This document shows positions 25,231 through 37,386 of a stretch of 64,000 nucleotides of DNA, piece after piece (position 1 is the stretch's first letter; the number at the start of each line of letters is the position of its first letter). The position numbers and the translations under genes were made by a program. The DNA comes from Vicugna vicugna (lineage: Eukaryota), in contig MU062626.1 of the NCBI GenBank assembly GCA_013265495.1, positions 186,001 to 250,000 on the forward strand, read 5' to 3'. Under the pieces are notes generated by a model. It worked only from the letters and a program-made list of their open reading frames with translations, was not told where the DNA came from and ran no database searches.

Positions 25231-27106
25231 GATTGGATTTCTGATCTAGAATCACAAGTTGCTTGTTTTTTGAATTACTCTTAATGTCTTGGTCGATTTA
25301 CGGAGCAATTGTCCTGCCCATTTGTGGAGAAATGCACCTCTGTAGATCGATTGGCCCCCCTGACTGGACCTCAGCATTTTGGTGGTTCAGTTGAAGGATG
25401 GCATTTTGAAACGTGTCTGAGTCTCCTCTCTTTCTTCTTTAAAAAGAGTGTCATGTTGGTCTGGGTTATTTATTCATGTATTTATTTTTCAATAGGAGAC
25501 TTTAGGGGGTTGGGATGGGATAGCAGAGGCAACACAGGGCAGAGAATTTTATGTGTTGGGGAGAATATCCTAGGTTTCATTGAGCCTCTGGATGACTGAT
25601 ACTAAGATAGGGAGGGACTGTAAAATCTAGGAAAAAAACTAAAATCTCTAGAAGAAATATCTCCTGACTTTTTGATTCATGTCAAGAACTTACAAGCATT
25701 TTTCTTAGACAACTTCCACTTGTGTTGCATGCCCACCTAATTCGGTTTTTATCTATAAAAACTGATCTTAAAACCTTTTGCCTCTTTATGTAAGAAACCT
25801 GAAGATATCTGAAGGAAGTTTTTTTTGCAGTTTCTGATTTTATATAGTTAGTTGATCAGTTAGCCTTTCTAGTAAAAATGGTCCCTAACGTAATTTTTTT
25901 TCTTTCCTAAAAAACAAAAAGCTGCTTTCTAATCAGGGAGGCAGCAGCAGGTTTATGTTGGAGGCCTTTTTATTCTGGTTGCTGTTTGGGAGATTTACTG
26001 TTCTTGGAATAAGCACATTTATTCAATGAGGGAATAAAATCAACATTATTAATTATTTTAAGACAGAAAACATCTTGAATCATGAAGCCTTTAATTCATA
26101 GGTCTTAATCTTTCTCCTTGTTTCCAACGGCTGATTGCTCATGCTGCAGAATTATGCCTCTGTGCCCTTGGAATGCTCTGCAATTAATTAATAATTTATG
26201 CTGGGTGAAGTGATATGCAGACCAGGGATGAGCATCCTTCCCACACCGGGACTGCTTTGGCTGCTTAAATCGTCAGGGAGATTCCCCTGGTGGGAGAGCT
26301 CTGTGGAGAGAGTGGCCCAGAGGCTGAAGGGCGAAGCTTAAAGTGATGGACACACATGGGCAGCTTCCTTCCTCTCTCAGCTGTCGCTGGGACCAGGTCT
26401 CTCTCTCCCAAGTGGGTCAGATAGTATTCTGCAGACTCTGACCATCCTTCTTCGGACTGTGTGGATTCTGAAACATTTCATGAGTTGAATCTTTGGGAAA
26501 AGGCCTTTATTCGGGCATGGGGAAGTTGGCATGCAGTTGAGGAAGAGATTTTCAACACATGAGCTGGCCTGATGAGCTTTCCTTCTGATTCTTGGGCCAC
26601 TTCCATTTTAGTTTCAGTAAATGAGGAATTTAAAAAATGAGTTATGTGCTATTTGCTGAAGGTTGTGATTCTGGCAAATGCTAAATAGAAAAAAAAAATT
26701 TTTTTTTGTTTTCCTTCTCTGCCTTCCCCTACCCTTCTTCTTATTATTTGGACAGTATTCTCAAGCTGTTTGCCAAAACCAGTGGCACAACTGCCTTCTT
26801 CAGATGGGCACCTGGCAGACTGGCCCAGACTCCACAGCTGATGACCAGCCCTGTGTTGAGTCTTCTCTCTGGAAACACCAGCCTCTCAGACATAAGGGCT
26901 TGAATCTCCACGTGACCTAGTCACTGAGCCTAAATCTCACAAGTGGAGGGTGATCTCTTTTAAATACAAACATGGTTTCATTGCTTTATTGAGAATTATA
27001 ATGTTTATTTAAAATTCTATGCAATACAATAACCAAAGAAAAAAAAAAAGAAGAAAAAACCCCCAAATGCCAACACCCCCCACCCCCAAATACCACCATC
27101 TGTGTG

Positions 27107-27312
27107 CAGGGATTACCAAACTTTCTGTAAATGTTTAGACAGTAAATATTTTCACCTTTGGAGGCCCAGTGGTCTCTGTTATTACAACTGAATTCTGCCC
27201 TGGTAGCAGGAAAGCAGCCATGACAACATGTAAATGAACAGGCGTGGCCGTGTTCCAATAAAACTTTATTTAGGGCCAGATTTGGCTTGCAGGCTGCAGT
27301 TTGCTAACCCCT
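27107..27312 (+). mobile_element. MER58A (hAT-Charlie MITE)
   Basis: cagggattaccaaactttctgtaaa...ggcgtggccgtgttccaataaaactttattta...gtttgctaacccct. Confidence 0.85.
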
Positions 27313-28631
27313 AATCTAGAGTAACCCTAATTTATATTAGGTATGCATCACTTCCCAAATCTTTTTTTTTTCTTCTCACGTGTGTCTCCAAATATATCCA
27401 TAGAGGAAAAAGGGGAGAGCTAATTTGATATAAATGAAAACACTTTCATAAAAATGCAAGCTATAGTTAAAACATGTTCAGTTCAGTTTTACTTGAATTT
27501 AACAGAAGAAATGAATGGAAGTTGCAGGAACTGCTGAGCGGTGGACACACGTTTCTTCACCGCACATGATAAGAGTTTCTAAAATAGTGCCTTGGAAATT
27601 CAGGGGGAAAAGATGAGGAAAAAGTTGGGGTTCCTTTTGCTATTTTAAATTCTGGTTTTCAATTTTGGGTGGAGCAGCTGACTCCCCGCTGTGACCCTAG
27701 AGGCAACGTGCATTCTTCCCTCTCCTGCCTCCTCTGAGTTCTCATCTCTCGTCTGATTGTCCTCATACTCACTTGTCAAGACTCATAACTTACATCCTAT
27801 TCTGCAGCCACAATTGCCACGGACCTTTGGTCTTCAATGCTTAAATGCTAATTCTTACTGCTAATTTTTTTTAAAATCAACGTTTCTCTATTTCTGTGTC
27901 CTTAAAAATGTTTTTTTTTTAATTTCTTCTCTTATTGAGTTGAATTTATTTCCTTATAATATTCTCCAGGCAGAATTGACAGGGATTTCATTCCCCCATT
28001 CACCCCTTAGCATCATACTCGAATTGTCTAATCACAAAGTTGCGCTTTCTAGTCATTGTATAATTTTAAAATCACACCTTCTCTGCTGCTCTTTTGTCTG
28101 ATTGTATTTTGTGGTCAAGAATCCCACTTTCTCCTCCCCCTAGTGCTGTGTGGCTGCTGCATTTCTTCTGTTCTTTCCTGTTGGAAAACGTGTATCTCTG
28201 TATTGATGCTAGAAGATGACTTGGCTGTGTCTGTCACACCTGGGGTAATCTCTCTTGGCCGGAGAACACTGTAGGCATTGCTTCTTGGCTTCTGGCGTTG
28301 GCTATTGTTTTTTGGAAGCCTGAGCATAGCTGCGTTCTCATCCCTTAGGGTATCTCCCTCTCCATGCCTGAAGGAAATCTTCTTTATTGTTGGAATTAAT
28401 ATCTTCTTGAGAACAAGTTGCAGTATTAATCATTTCTATCAGTTCTGTGCCCTCTTGTGCTTCGGGGTTAGTTCTTCCTTCGTGTCATGAAAATTTTCTT
28501 CTGTTTTGTTTTTTACTATCACCTCTGTCCCATTTATTGAGTTCTTTATCTTATGGACACCAGTTATTGTCTTCGCTCCCATCTATCCTCTCAATTGCTT
28601 TTATACCTTTGCTTTCATTTGCTATTGAAGG

Positions 28632-29568
28632 TGTCATTGAAAAATATTGCCTGCTATATCAGTAAACAAAGGATGTTGCAGCCATCAAGCCATCACATCG
28701 CAGCAGCCACCCAGCACGGTGAGCCCTGAGGGGACTCAGGACAGGAACAAGATGCCTGCTATCAAGCCCTCAGCCACTGCAGCCACCCCCAGTGATGCCC
28801 CCTGAGGGGACTCAGGATGGGCAGCACAGGGTCCTGGCCCTAGGTAGCTAAGGTGCAGATCAAAGGAATGATTTGAATGAGCCGGGACCCTGCATCTTCC
28901 CAAGTTACGGAAACGACAGGCCAGCCAAGAAACAAGCACCACTCGGAGGGTTGGAGTACTCAGATGTATTATGCCGGCGGGCTCAGAGGGGCTTCTGCTC
29001 TGAAGCTCTGAGCACCTCCAAGACATGCGCATGAGGTTTTATAGGTAAAGTACAAGCTTGGGGTATTTGGCCAATAGAAATGGAACAGCTTTAGCAGCAT
29101 CATTATCACAAAAGTGGAGGCAGGGAGGCAGCAAACCAACATTCCAAAGCCAGATATATATCTTTGAAAATCCAGCTGGCTAGCAAAAAAACATGAACAG
29201 CAAACCAACACTAATTAACTTAGATTTACAAGTTAGTCCAGCAGAACTCAGATCAGTATTCCGATACTTAGACTTGTGAGTTATCTTGTTAGACCAGCCT
29301 GGCTTTTCCTTCACACCCATACATAGAAAAGTGCTAAATTCCTTAACTTGAGATATCTGGTTTCTTTTTAATTAACAATAATCTTTTGATGTTCCAACTA
29401 CTTGGTCTTTGCTGCAAAAACTCCCATATATCCTGACTCTTCCCTTACCTCTTCGGAGCAGTCCGATATTCCTACCCGAGGGGCTGTCTCCTAGGCTTGA
29501 AGCCTTCAGAAAATCCACCGAATAAAACATAATTTTCAACTTTTAGGTTGTGCTTTTTCCAGTTGACA
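28632..29568 (+). mobile_element. LTR A: ERV1-class solo LTR nested in LTR B
   Basis: TGTCA...TGACA termini; perfect TSD AAGG at 28628-28631 and 29569-29572; AATAAA at 29521; no primer-binding site follows; homologous to 30674-31120. Confidence 0.9.
28903..29315 (-). mobile_element. LTR C: younger solo LTR nested antisense in LTR A, 413 bp
   Basis: Sense starts TGTGAAGG and ends CCGTAACT (CA decayed); perfect TSD CCCA at 28899-28902 and 29316-29319; CCAAT (29071-29075) and TATAAAA (29037-29043); absent from the sister copy 30674-31120. Confidence 0.85.
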
Positions 29569-30673
29569 AAGGAAACCAGAATACATCACCCCCAAGTCTG
29601 CCTCTTTGACATAAAAATTATTTTGAGCCAAAAGCAATTGAGAAGTGGTAAATGCAGAAAAGGCTCCTCCTTTTCTGCCTAGAGGCAGGAATTAAATTCT
29701 CCTTTGATGAGAGACAGACACTTATCAGCCCAGAGACCAACCATGAGAATCTGCAAACAAATGCTGTTACACTAACATTTATTTTCCCAGTTAAGGAAGA
29801 GAAGGACTAACTAGCCCCATTTGGACTATCCCCAGCTCGATTCCCTTGGTCTTGTGAATTCCTCACGAATTTATTGTTTCTTTGTCTAAAAGGTAAAAAA
29901 GCTCTGGTCATTTCTTTGGGCCTTTATTCTCTTGTGAAATCCCCCATGTACATGTGAAAATTCAATAAAATTTATATTCTTTTCTCTTGTTAATCTCTTT
30001 GTCAGTTTAATTTTCTGACCCAGCCAGAGACCTAAGAGGGTCAAGAAAAACAAAACGTTCTGCCCTCCTACACTACGATTAGCCCAAGCCTTCATTCTAC
30101 GTCAGTAATTTGTTGATCTATTCCAGTAATTCCGTCAGTCACTGTATCTGCTTATTATTTCTATGATAATGCTGTTTTAATCCCTGTTTTGTTTCCTTAG
30201 TTTCACAATCTCTCTTTCATTTCAATTCCATGACTTCTTCATTTTGACTTTGAATTATTGCTTTATTGAATTCACGTTTTTCTTAAATTCCTTTGTAGCA
30301 GGAAGCACACCCACGGGATTTGTCTTCTCTGACTTGGGTGATATCCTCTCTCCTTCTTTCTGATCGTGTCCTGTATCTGCCTCTCTTCCTCCCTTTCCTC
30401 CTCCTTCCCTCCCTCTATCCCTCTGGCTCTTCCATTTTAGTTCTTTGTTTTCTGCTGTGCTTTCTTGGCTGCCTCGCCGTCTCTTTTTATTTTGATCCGG
30501 CTTAGCGTGCACAGCTCTGCCCACTTTCTCATCAGTGTGATGCAGTGTACACGAATTCTCCCAAACTCTTTACTTGATCTAAGACCTGTTTGTCTTTCTG
30601 ACTTGCAGTCTGAAGACTGAGTATTATTTCCCATGTACTCTTGACATAACCAAGAGATGTGGAATTGGAGGTG

Positions 30674-31120
30674 TGTCGACTGGGAAACAAAACAAAACAA
30701 AAAAGACACAACCTAGAAGTTGAGAATTGTTATATTTGGTGGATCTTCTGAGGACTTAAGCCCGAAAGGCAGCCTCTCCGATAGTTCCGAGGGGCTGCTC
30801 TAAAGAGGTAAGGGAGGAGTCAGAGTATATAGGAGTTTTTGCAATAAAATCTCATAGTTGAAACATAAAAAGATTACAGTTAATTAAAGAAGACCAGGCA
30901 TCTCAAGTTAAAGAATTTAGCATTTTTCTATGTATGGGACAGAAGCAAGAGTCTGGGCTTATGGAAATCATTCCTTTGATCTGCACCATAACCTAGGGCC
31001 AGGGTCCTGTGCTTCCCATCCGGAACCCCCTTGGGGTGCTCCCTTGGGGGTGGCAGTAGTGACTGATGGCTTGATGGCTGCAATACCCTTTGCTGATATA
31101 GGCAGCATTCTTTGTCCATA
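30674..31120 (-). mobile_element. LTR A': second, uninterrupted solo LTR of the LTR A family
   Basis: Reverse complement aligns with LTR A (gccatcaagccatca; ggccctagg..ggtgcagatcaaaggaatgattt; cccatacatagaaaa.tgctaaatt); TSD not clean. Confidence 0.85.
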
Positions 31121-31509
31121 GGCTGGGGCTGTGGAGGAATGTTCTGCTGAGGTTGGAAAGCCTTTCTTGGAGCCTCTGGCTTGTCCTACACCAGGGTCCA
31201 CTCGGCCTGGTCTGTTCTACTCCCAAGAAGCATGGAAACCCTAGGCTTTAGAGGTTCCCTAATTTAGCCCTGGTGATTTTCTTGCCGCTTCTGAGATCCT
31301 GACCTCGTGTAGTGGCAGATAGCTGCTTCTCTTCTTGAGGATTTCCTCCCTGCATTTTCCTGGGCTGCCGGTACCCCTACTCAATATGCTTCTCTCCACG
31401 TTAGTGGGTATAAGTGCACACTTGAGAATTTTGTCTACTCATCTTCATCCCTTAGGATTGTTTTTAAGAGATGGGGATTAAGTCAGGGGATTAAGTTAAG
31501 AAGGGGATA

Positions 31510-31900
31510 ATAGTTTTTTCTCGTGCAATAAACAACTGCAAAATCTCAGTGCCTTACAACAAATATTTATTTTCATACTCAGGAGTCTGCAAGTACGTCT
31601 GGTTTGTTGGATCTAGGCTGGACTTCAGGCTTCCTGTCTGCTTCAGGGATGCTTCATACCTTCACTGTGGGGACCAAGATGGAAGGGGGCTGCTACCTGT
31701 GGGATCACAGCCTAAAAAGCCAAGTGGAGTCACATGAGCACACTTAAAACCTCTGTTGTATCACGACTGCTAACATATCCTATGGCCACGTCCACATCTA
31801 ACTCCTGTGGGCGGTCAGCAACATCACATGGCAAAGGACAAGGATGGAAGAGTCTGTAAATGGGAGGAAGTAAAGAATTAGGAATCTTTTCCAATCTACC
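31510..31900 (-). mobile_element. MLT1 (ERVL-MaLR) LTR, old subfamily
   Basis: aacaactgcaaaatctcagtgccttacaacaaatatttatt...acatcacatggcaaagga...gtaaagaattagga. Confidence 0.65.
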
Positions 31901-33317
31901 CCAGGGACTCCCCAAGTCTTTTGAAATCCCCCATTTCTTTCATTTGCTACCACTTTTGAAATTTAGGGCAAAAGTTATGTCACCTTTCCTTGATTAGAAT
32001 TTGGTTAAAACATTTTTAATTAAAAATTATTTTATTATATTAAAAGTTTCTATTTTATTTTATTAAGAGTTAGAGGAGAACAAACCTTTGATCTAACCTC
32101 AGTCTGACATCTTTACCCAGAAGTGCCCTTATAGTCTCTGTAGAAATTATCTAAGTTTCTTTAGCAAGTCAACTCTGGTTTTTAATTATAGTAACTTCCC
32201 TGTTACTAACCTGACTCTCTCCTGCTCTAATTGGGACTCTAGTTCTATGCTTCTCTCTGGAGACGCTCGACCCAAAATGCATCATTTTGGATTTGGCTTC
32301 CCTGTTTGGCTACACGCTTTATATTTTAAAACTAACTCTAGGCATCTGCAGGGTGTAAATAAGTTAGATTGTATTAAAAGGGGAAACGAAGTGAGAGTAT
32401 TGGTTTTCAAAATTTTTTATTTAATAATGAGTCACTAGAAAGGTGATTAAAAGTTCTGTGGGCAGAATCGACCTGCCAATGCTGGTGTTCAGGCCCCAAA
32501 CTGGACTTTTCCACTGGTGGAACCTTGAGATCTGGGGTCAGAGTTGTTGATGGGTCTGGCATAAAGGAGCTCGAAGTATACGTACAAGTATATTTAATAT
32601 GTAGTAAATCAAAGAAGGGTCTAGCCTGTCCACTGAGGGTCTCGAGACTCTGGTTCAAAATCTCCACTGAACAATCCTCTAGGGGCCCGTGTGGCGGATG
32701 GTGGCACCCTGATGGAATTGGATGGTGGCTCTGGAGGCTTCATATTCAGATTTGACCCACTTCCCTGTTTTCAGACCCATAGTTCCTTGGGCCTGTATCC
32801 AGGCTCTCCCAGGCACACATCTCCCAGGCACGCATTTCTACTGCTCTTTGGCGTCTCCCTCTCTAGGCACTTGGTATTCATCCTTTACAGCTACATTAAC
32901 CCCTCATCTACTTCCCATTTACCAAAAAGATTTGTCTTGTGACTATAAAGTTAAAAAAATTCTTTGAATTCCTGAAGTTTTTTGCATTTGCATTTTTTGC
33001 AGTGGCATTTCAGAAGAGAGCAGAGGGGAATGCATTTTTTCAAGCCACCATGTTCAACCAGGCCAGCCCTTCTGTACTCCCTTGCGTAGAATGTTTTTGA
33101 TCCTGTTCAGTGTTTAATCACATCATAACCATCCTTCACAGTCCATTTGAAATCTTCCTCTTCCCTCTGCTTATTTTCAGAAACTTTGATTAAGCACCAA
33201 GCAGGTGCTAGCGAATATGTCGGGCATGGAGTCACACAGATAAAAAGACGGTTCCTGGAATCGGGAAGAACATGTTGGACCTGCTTTCTTTTGTTTTAAC
33301 CTTTGTTTTCTATGGTT

Positions 33318-33738
33318 TTTACTACAAGTCAGGAATATTGCCTATAGCCTGAAATATCCAGGATAGCCCATTCTAAAGGTTCTGACCTTTCAAAGTAGAA
33401 CACTTTTCCATTCATACAGAGATAAAAAGTTGCAGGACAGAGAATAACATCTGTCTTCTTGAAGCGGTTTACAGGAACATCATGACCTGATGTTCGTGGA
33501 CAGCTGCAGGAACAAATGATCCCCAAACCAAGAAGTCTGCAATAACCAACCACACTCCTCCCATTTTAGTATAAAAGAAGCCTAAATTCTAACTAGGTGA
33601 AGGTTTTGGGACAGTAGTCCACTGTCTTCTCGGTCTGCTGGCTTTCTGAATACAATTGCTATTCCTTGCCCCAGCAATTCACCTCTTGATTTAGTGGCCT
33701 GTTGTGCAGTGAGCAGTATGAGCTTGGACTCCGTAACA
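33318..33738 (+). mobile_element. ERV1-like solo LTR
   Basis: TATAAAA at ~33570, R/U5-like gctattccttgccccagcaattcacctcttg, terminal cttggactccgtaaCA; left edge approximate. Confidence 0.7.
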
Positions 33739-36012
33739 CTCCTACTCCATAGTTTTCTGTTTAATGGGGAGACTGTCCAGTGAATAAGCATTTATTAGAC
33801 AGTGGAGAATGGAATTAATTGAGATAAGTGTATGAGAGCATAGGAGGAGTGCCTGAGTCTGCCTGGAAGAGGCAGAAAGGCTTCCTGAAGGAGGTGGCAC
33901 TTGGCTGTATCTTAAGAATGTGTTTCAGTCAGAGGCAATAGCGTGAGTTAACAACAGGACAGTGAGGGGAAGCATGAATGCTGCATTATTTGACTAGCTC
34001 AGGGTTATAGAATGTGAAAGTCATTTCCTTCCTTTGCACTCCCACTGTCATTTTAAAATTTATTACTTTGCCATTTTTATGTGTGAAACCCAAATGTTGC
34101 CAAGTCCTCTGGTCTCAGTTTCTTTAATATTCAAGCACTATCCTCCAAATACAGTGCCCAAGATTTACATATCCTGGAGGCAAAAGGGCTCTGTTTGTCT
34201 CACTGACCCTAAGGATTGACCCAGTCCCTTTCTTTTTTTTTTTGTCCTGAAGCACTCTATAGAGGATTGTTGTGTGTTATGGACTTCTACTGAAGGCTTA
34301 AGAAAAACAGGTGGGGAATACAGCTCAGTCTATAAGCCCCCAAAAGTCTTTTCTTTTTCCAGGGGTCCCTGCCTGCTGCCATGTTACTGGGGGGTCATTC
34401 TCCCTTCTTTGTTATTTCTCTCCATTTCTCTTCTTCCTCTAGTTCCAAGCATCCCCTAAATTTCCTTTTGAGCTTCTAAGGGAAACCGCCCCAATTCCTA
34501 TCAACTTCTTAGGCAGCTTATTGCAGTTTTCCGAGTTGAAATTCATTATTTCTGCCTGTGAATTCCTGTAGGATTGTCTCCCTCAATTAAGAGAATGTCA
34601 CCTACCACCTTTTAGCTCTGACCCTGCCAGTCTTCCCATCAGATATCAGCCCCCTGAGTTTGGGGACCTTGACTCATTCATGTTTGTATAATAAAGTATA
34701 ATGTTTCACTCATAGTAATTATTTGAATAAATCATTCTACACGCATTGCCAAAAGCCCAGGGCTTTGCAAACACGAGATCACATTTATCCCTGCGTGGCG
34801 GTTTCTTCAGTCTCATGCAAGACCGTTTGATTCTTCAGCTGTTTTCAATTGAGATTCTCCCAGCTGGTGATGAATGAGGGAGGTAAACATAGCACAAGAC
34901 TCGAGACCTAGCCCTCTGCAGGGCAGCATCAGTTGGAATCCTGTGCATAGCCACAGGATGCAGAGTCAGGATCTCCCCTCCCCACCCACGGTCCTTTCTT
35001 CAGGAGACTGAAAGGTTATAGAACCTTCACCTCTGCTCTGTTTCTCTATGATATTTTGTCCTCACCAATGACCTAAGGAACTTAAAAAATTTTCCCTCAT
35101 TGTTCGTATCAATGAATCACAGTCACCAAGATTCAGTTTGATCAGTTCTACAAAGAATCTTTAGCCAACTGGAGATGGCCAGTGGTTCTCCCCGTGAAGG
35201 ACACCAGTGACTGTTTCTGGTTGTAAGTCCTGAAAAGTTACACGTCGTGTGGAGTGGCCTCTTTGTAATATTTCTTATTGGTGAGTTTTCACATCAATAG
35301 CCACTCATCCAAATGGCATAGTAACAATGATTATTTGTAGAATTCTTCCATTGGAAATAAGCTAAGTTTTATGTTGTCCTTTCTCTTCCAATTAGCAACC
35401 CTATACGAATTTTGAAGAAAAGGACTTTCTTAGAAATCAAAAAATAGCTGTTTGACAAATACTTGAATTTCAAGCAATTTGAGATTTCTGGATTATTTTT
35501 TCTCTTCCCTATAGGATATATGGTAACTTCTGAGTAGGGCTTTAGATTTCAAAAATCTTAAGTTTTTTTCCCTTCAAAGGGGAGAAAATTCAGACACATA
35601 TTATATAAATTTCCGAGAGCCAGTTGGAGACATACTTGGCAACTGGTCATTCTTGTGGGCAGTAGCCCCACACGTCTGACCTGGTCCTAGGCTGACATCT
35701 AGCAGAAGGTCCTTGGAGTCCTGAGTAGTTTTGTTGCAAATGTAGGAATGTAGGGTGAGGTTCCAGAAGCACCAGCTCAGCGCTGGTGTAGTCAGACCCG
35801 TCCCAGCCTGTCCTGAAGCTGTGCCTGAGTTTCCCACTCTTCTTTGGATCGAGGAAGCTGGTTTGGATTCCCTGATGTGCTCAGCTTTGGAGGGAGACAA
35901 CAGGGCTTGGCTGAAATGCCACCCTTTCTAAACTGAGTGACACAAGTCTTCTTTGTGTTGGCTTACGATCAAGTGACAGGGCAATTTGTTCTAATTGGAA
36001 CTATTAAAAAGA

Positions 36013-36429
36013 TGTTAAGGCAGACTTAGCTCAGGGACCATTGCAATGGGATTCCACAGTTGGGGATAGAGATTGGCCTCAACTCTGAGTATATTCTGGG
36101 CAAGTGGGAATTCATAGCTGAGGAGTGGGGTGGGGGTCAGTGCATGGAAAATTACTAAGAGGAAACATTAGGGGGAAGGGGAATTCTAGCTATACTGACC
36201 TAACAGAATTATTTGCTGAAGACTGGCCAGGGTGGGCAGACGTCACCTGGAGAGTGGTGGAGGGAACCTGATCAGATATATGGTGATCAGTTATTCAGGG
36301 CGGGGGATTCTGGGTAAACTGTTTAGCAGAGTTCTTGCTAAAACTAGATTTTATAAGAAAGTGCACAATGAGCCTAAGAGAAGGTTCAGGAGCCTGACTA
36401 AAGCTTGGTCAAGTGGAGATTCTTTTTCA
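36013..36429 (-). mobile_element. MER31-like ERV1 LTR
   Basis: Sense start TGAAAAAGAATCTCCACTTGACCAAGCTTTAGTCAGGCTCCTGAACCTTCTCTTAGGCTCATTGTGCACTT matches recalled MER31. Confidence 0.7.
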
Positions 36430-36608
36430 GAAGCTGGCTTGAAAGTTAGAGCAATCTTCACACAACTTAAAGTTCCCCTTCCATGAAATATGAGCATGAA
36501 ACATTTACTGTGGAATAGCTGTGAGATCCCACTTCTAAGACGAGTGGCTCGTGAGTCCTTTGTTTTGAGAAAATTAGCAGTAGCAGGAAGAGGGACTGCA
36601 GGAAGTTA

Positions 36609-37060
36609 TGTTTGTTAGTCAGGGCTTTCCAGAGAAAGAGAACCCGCTCTCTGTTTCTCTTTCTCTTTCTTGGTCTCTGTCTCTTTCTAGATCTCTCTGT
36701 TGCTGTCTCTGTCTTTCTCCTTCTCAAATTTATTTTAAGGAATTGGCTCACACAGATGTGGAGTGGGGCTGGTAAGACCGAAATCTGAGATCACAGTGCA
36801 GGCTGGCAGCTTGGAAAATCAGGCAGGAGCTGATGGTAATGTCTTCTTTGGGAAGCCTTTGTTTTCACTCTGAAGGCCTTCAACTGATTGGGTGAGGCCC
36901 ACTCACATTTTTGTGGGTGATCTTTTTTGTTTCCATCAACTGATTATAGATGTTAATCACATCTATAAAATAACCTGCAAAGCAACACCTAGATTAGTGT
37001 TCAAACGAATAACTGGATGCCATAATCCAGCCACACTGACACATAAAACTAACCATCACA
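36609..37060 (-). mobile_element. MLT2 (ERVL) LTR with internal (TC)-rich tract
   Basis: gttagtcagggctttccagagaaagagaacc...ttttaaggaattggctcac...acataaaactaaccatcaca. Confidence 0.85.
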
Positions 37061-37386
37061 GGAAGTAAAATGAGAGATTCTGCAGTGAGACTGAAGGAAA
37101 CTGAGGGAAAGGAGAGCTAGATCTCATACCATGGTTTGGCAAGGAGGCAGAAGGGGAAGTGAGTACGCTGACATCAGGGCCATGATTCTGGGATGCAAAA
37201 GTCAATTCAGGTATTACAAGATGTTTTCTACTGAAGACAAATCCCTGCCGCTGGGGGACCAGGGCAGGTAGTCATCTGGGTGGAGTTGAGGAGGTGGGGG
37301 GTGGCCTGAGCTCTGAGTTGTAAAATCTGAATGGTTGAAAGGCATTTCACTAGAAAACTGAAGACAGGAAAAGCCATCTCTTAGCT

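Larger units (their letters stand above)
28626..30072 (+). mobile_element. LTR B: ERV1-class solo LTR (MER34-like), split after base 6 by LTR A
   Basis: TGAAGG (28626-28631) joins AAACCAGAATACATCACCCCCAAGTCTGCCTCTTTGACATA (from 29573), reconstituting the same start as the 5265-5765 LTR; ends CCTACA at 30072; degenerate TSD CTAT (28622-28625) / CTAC (30073-30076). Confidence 0.85.
27950..30600 (-). mobile_element. Ancient L1M (L1ME/HAL1-like) ORF1-region remnant, interrupted by nested LTRs at 28626-30072
   Basis: Pyrimidine-rich L1-like sequence on both sides of the LTR nest (e.g. gatgacttggctgtg...gcattgcttcttggcttctggcgttggctattg; gaaaattttcttctg; tcagtcactgtatctgcttattatttc). Outer edges approximate. 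Confidence 0.55.

Noticed and set aside
28736-31121. Similar peptides NHSFDLHLSYLGPG / NHSFDLHHNLGPG suggesting a duplicated gene
   Set aside because: Both are translations of the same non-coding LTR family (A and A').
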